From contig CAMEZO010000002.1 in the NCBI GenBank assembly GCA_945947905.1, forward strand, positions 1,871 to 65,870: DNA of 64,000 nucleotides, written 5' to 3'. Positions 63,018-64,000 of this stretch are shown here, in pieces. A program made the position numbers and the translations under genes. Within the stretch, counting starts at the first letter, position 1. The number at the start of each line of letters is the position of its first letter. This DNA is from an uncultured bacterium. Its GTDB lineage: Bacteria > Verrucomicrobiota > Verrucomicrobiia > Verrucomicrobiales > Akkermansiaceae. The notes under the pieces were generated by a model. That model ran no database searches and was not told where the DNA came from. It was given only the letters and a program-made list of their open reading frames with translations.

Positions 63018-63707
63018 TCATGCCTTCTTCAGCCAGATTTTCGCCTGAAGGGCGGCTGCGGCCGCTGCCATCTCCGCCTTGTGCTTGCTGGGGGCCACGG
63101 CGCTGCCCAGCTCGCGCCCGTGCCACAGGGCGTGCCCGCAGAAGGGACCCTCCGGGTGTTTGGGGTCCGCAGGTTCCACCGTATAGACGGGCGGGGTGTT
63201 GTCGATGCTTTGCAAAATCTCCAGCAGGGCCCCCTTATAGTTTACATCCATGTATTGCCGCGCGTTGGTAATACTTGTCTGCATCAGGCGCAGGGCCACC
63301 TTGCGCGCGGCGTTGTAGTTGGAGTCCATCATCACGGCGCCGATCACGCTTTCGAAGGTATTGGCCATGATGGACATTGTGGTGCGCCCGCCGGTCTTTT
63401 CCAGTTGCGGGCTCATGTTCAGTTGCTCACACCAGCCCAGCTCCCGGCACAGCCCTGCCAAATGCTGGCGGCTCACGATGCCGGAGCGCAGCTTTGTCAG
63501 CTCTCCCTCATCGCTCTGCGGAAACTGCGTGAACAGCTCGCGGCTCACCACCAGCTCCAGCACCGCATCCCCCAGATACTCCAGCCGTTCGTATGCCAAG
63601 CCCGCTGCCCGCCGCTGGCTGTAGCTGGGGTGCGTCAAGGCCTGCTGCAGCCACACTTTGTCCGTGAATACATACCCCAAACTTTCTTCGATCAATGCTA
63701 TATCCAT
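63018..63707 (-). CDS. rnc: Ribonuclease III
   Basis: QALTHPS, ERLEYLGDAVL, EGELTKLR, FESVIGA and a C-terminal dsRBD. Confidence 0.96.
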   Translation of the reverse strand: MDIALIEESLGYVFTDKVWLQQALTHPSYSQRRAAGLAYERLEYLGDAVLELVVSRELFTQFPQSDEGELTKLRSGIVSRQHLAGLCRELGWCEQLNMSPQLEKTGGRTTMSIMANTFESVIGAVMMDSNYNAARKVALRLMQTSITNARQYMDVNYKGALLEILQSIDNTPPVYTVEPADPKHPEGPFCGHALWHGRELGSAVAPSKHKAEMAAAAAALQAKIWLKKA

Positions 63708-63801
63708 GCTTGCCCCCTATCGTACACCATACCCGCCCCCGACGCAAGCGAAATCGACCGGACTTCTCACAGTTAGGAACCGGGTAATCGGGGAAACCGG
63801 C

Positions 63802-63831
63802 TTGACTTTTCTCCCGAAAATGTGATATAAT
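63802..63831 (+). promoter_or_regulatory. Promoter of the RhuM-like gene
   Basis: TTGACT-18-TATAAT with an extended TG. Confidence 0.7.
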
Positions 63832-63846
63832 ACTGACACGAACGTT

Positions 63847-64000
63847 ATGAAGAACCAAATTTCCATCCGCAGTTCCGCGGCAGAATATCTGACCTACATC
63901 GCCGGCGTGGGTGAGGCTGCCGAGCAGTTCGAGGTTCGATATGAGGACGAGAATATCTGGCTGACGCAGAAGATGCTGGGCGAACTTTACGGTGTGGAGA
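63847..64000 (+). CDS. Virulence RhuM family protein, 5' fragment
   Basis: Manual translation MKNQISIRSSAAEYLTYIAGVGEAAEQFEVRYEDENIWLTQKMLGELYGVE matches the RhuM N-terminal pattern (SSAAEYLT...ENIWLTQK). Confidence 0.8.
   Translation, partial: MKNQISIRSSAAEYLTYIAGVGEAAEQFEVRYEDENIWLTQKMLGELYGVE

Noticed and set aside
1480-63776. Long antisense or overlapping ORFs in the track (e.g. 1480..3432, 5489..7309, 18230..20731, 21322..23193, 48022..50295)
   Set aside because: Shadow frames typical of high-GC DNA, lying opposite genes with clear family motifs.

Overview
A high-GC bacterial chromosome segment, most likely from an Akkermansia-like verrucomicrobium. This is inferred from PEP-CTERM proteins ending in RRRR, an MKLRLPLLLRLALL-type leader, an SHD1-domain protein and a GH20. 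Most of the window is housekeeping: acpP, coaX, a wza/wzc-type polysaccharide export module, two divergent tRNA-Gly genes, pyrD, tatA, sulP, mazG, cmk, plsC, recF, trpEGDCF with a Trp-leader attenuator, birA, cstA, ptsI/ptsH and rnc. The accessory stretch at about 13.4-30.4 kb holds the most unusual material. (i) An orphan phage-type origin-like structure: two inverted sets of 21-bp-phased iterons around an AT-rich core. (ii) A translationally coupled, GC-rich three-gene operon of two virion-ejection-like proteins plus an intact large terminase, with no other phage genes nearby. (iii) A family of composite palindromic repeats built from a 95-bp two-motif unit; two copies form ~275-bp inverted arms around a GxxExxY nuclease gene, and a third follows a 1683-aa PEP-CTERM surface protein gene. 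At 53.6-58.8 kb there are two AT-richer paralogous GT-C membrane glycosyltransferases, one apparently switched OFF by a (CCAGC)5 slippage tract just after its start codon. Many genes have a -10 box 6-7 nt before the ATG, suggesting leaderless mRNAs. All calls come from reading the sequence and recalling motifs; no database searches were run.
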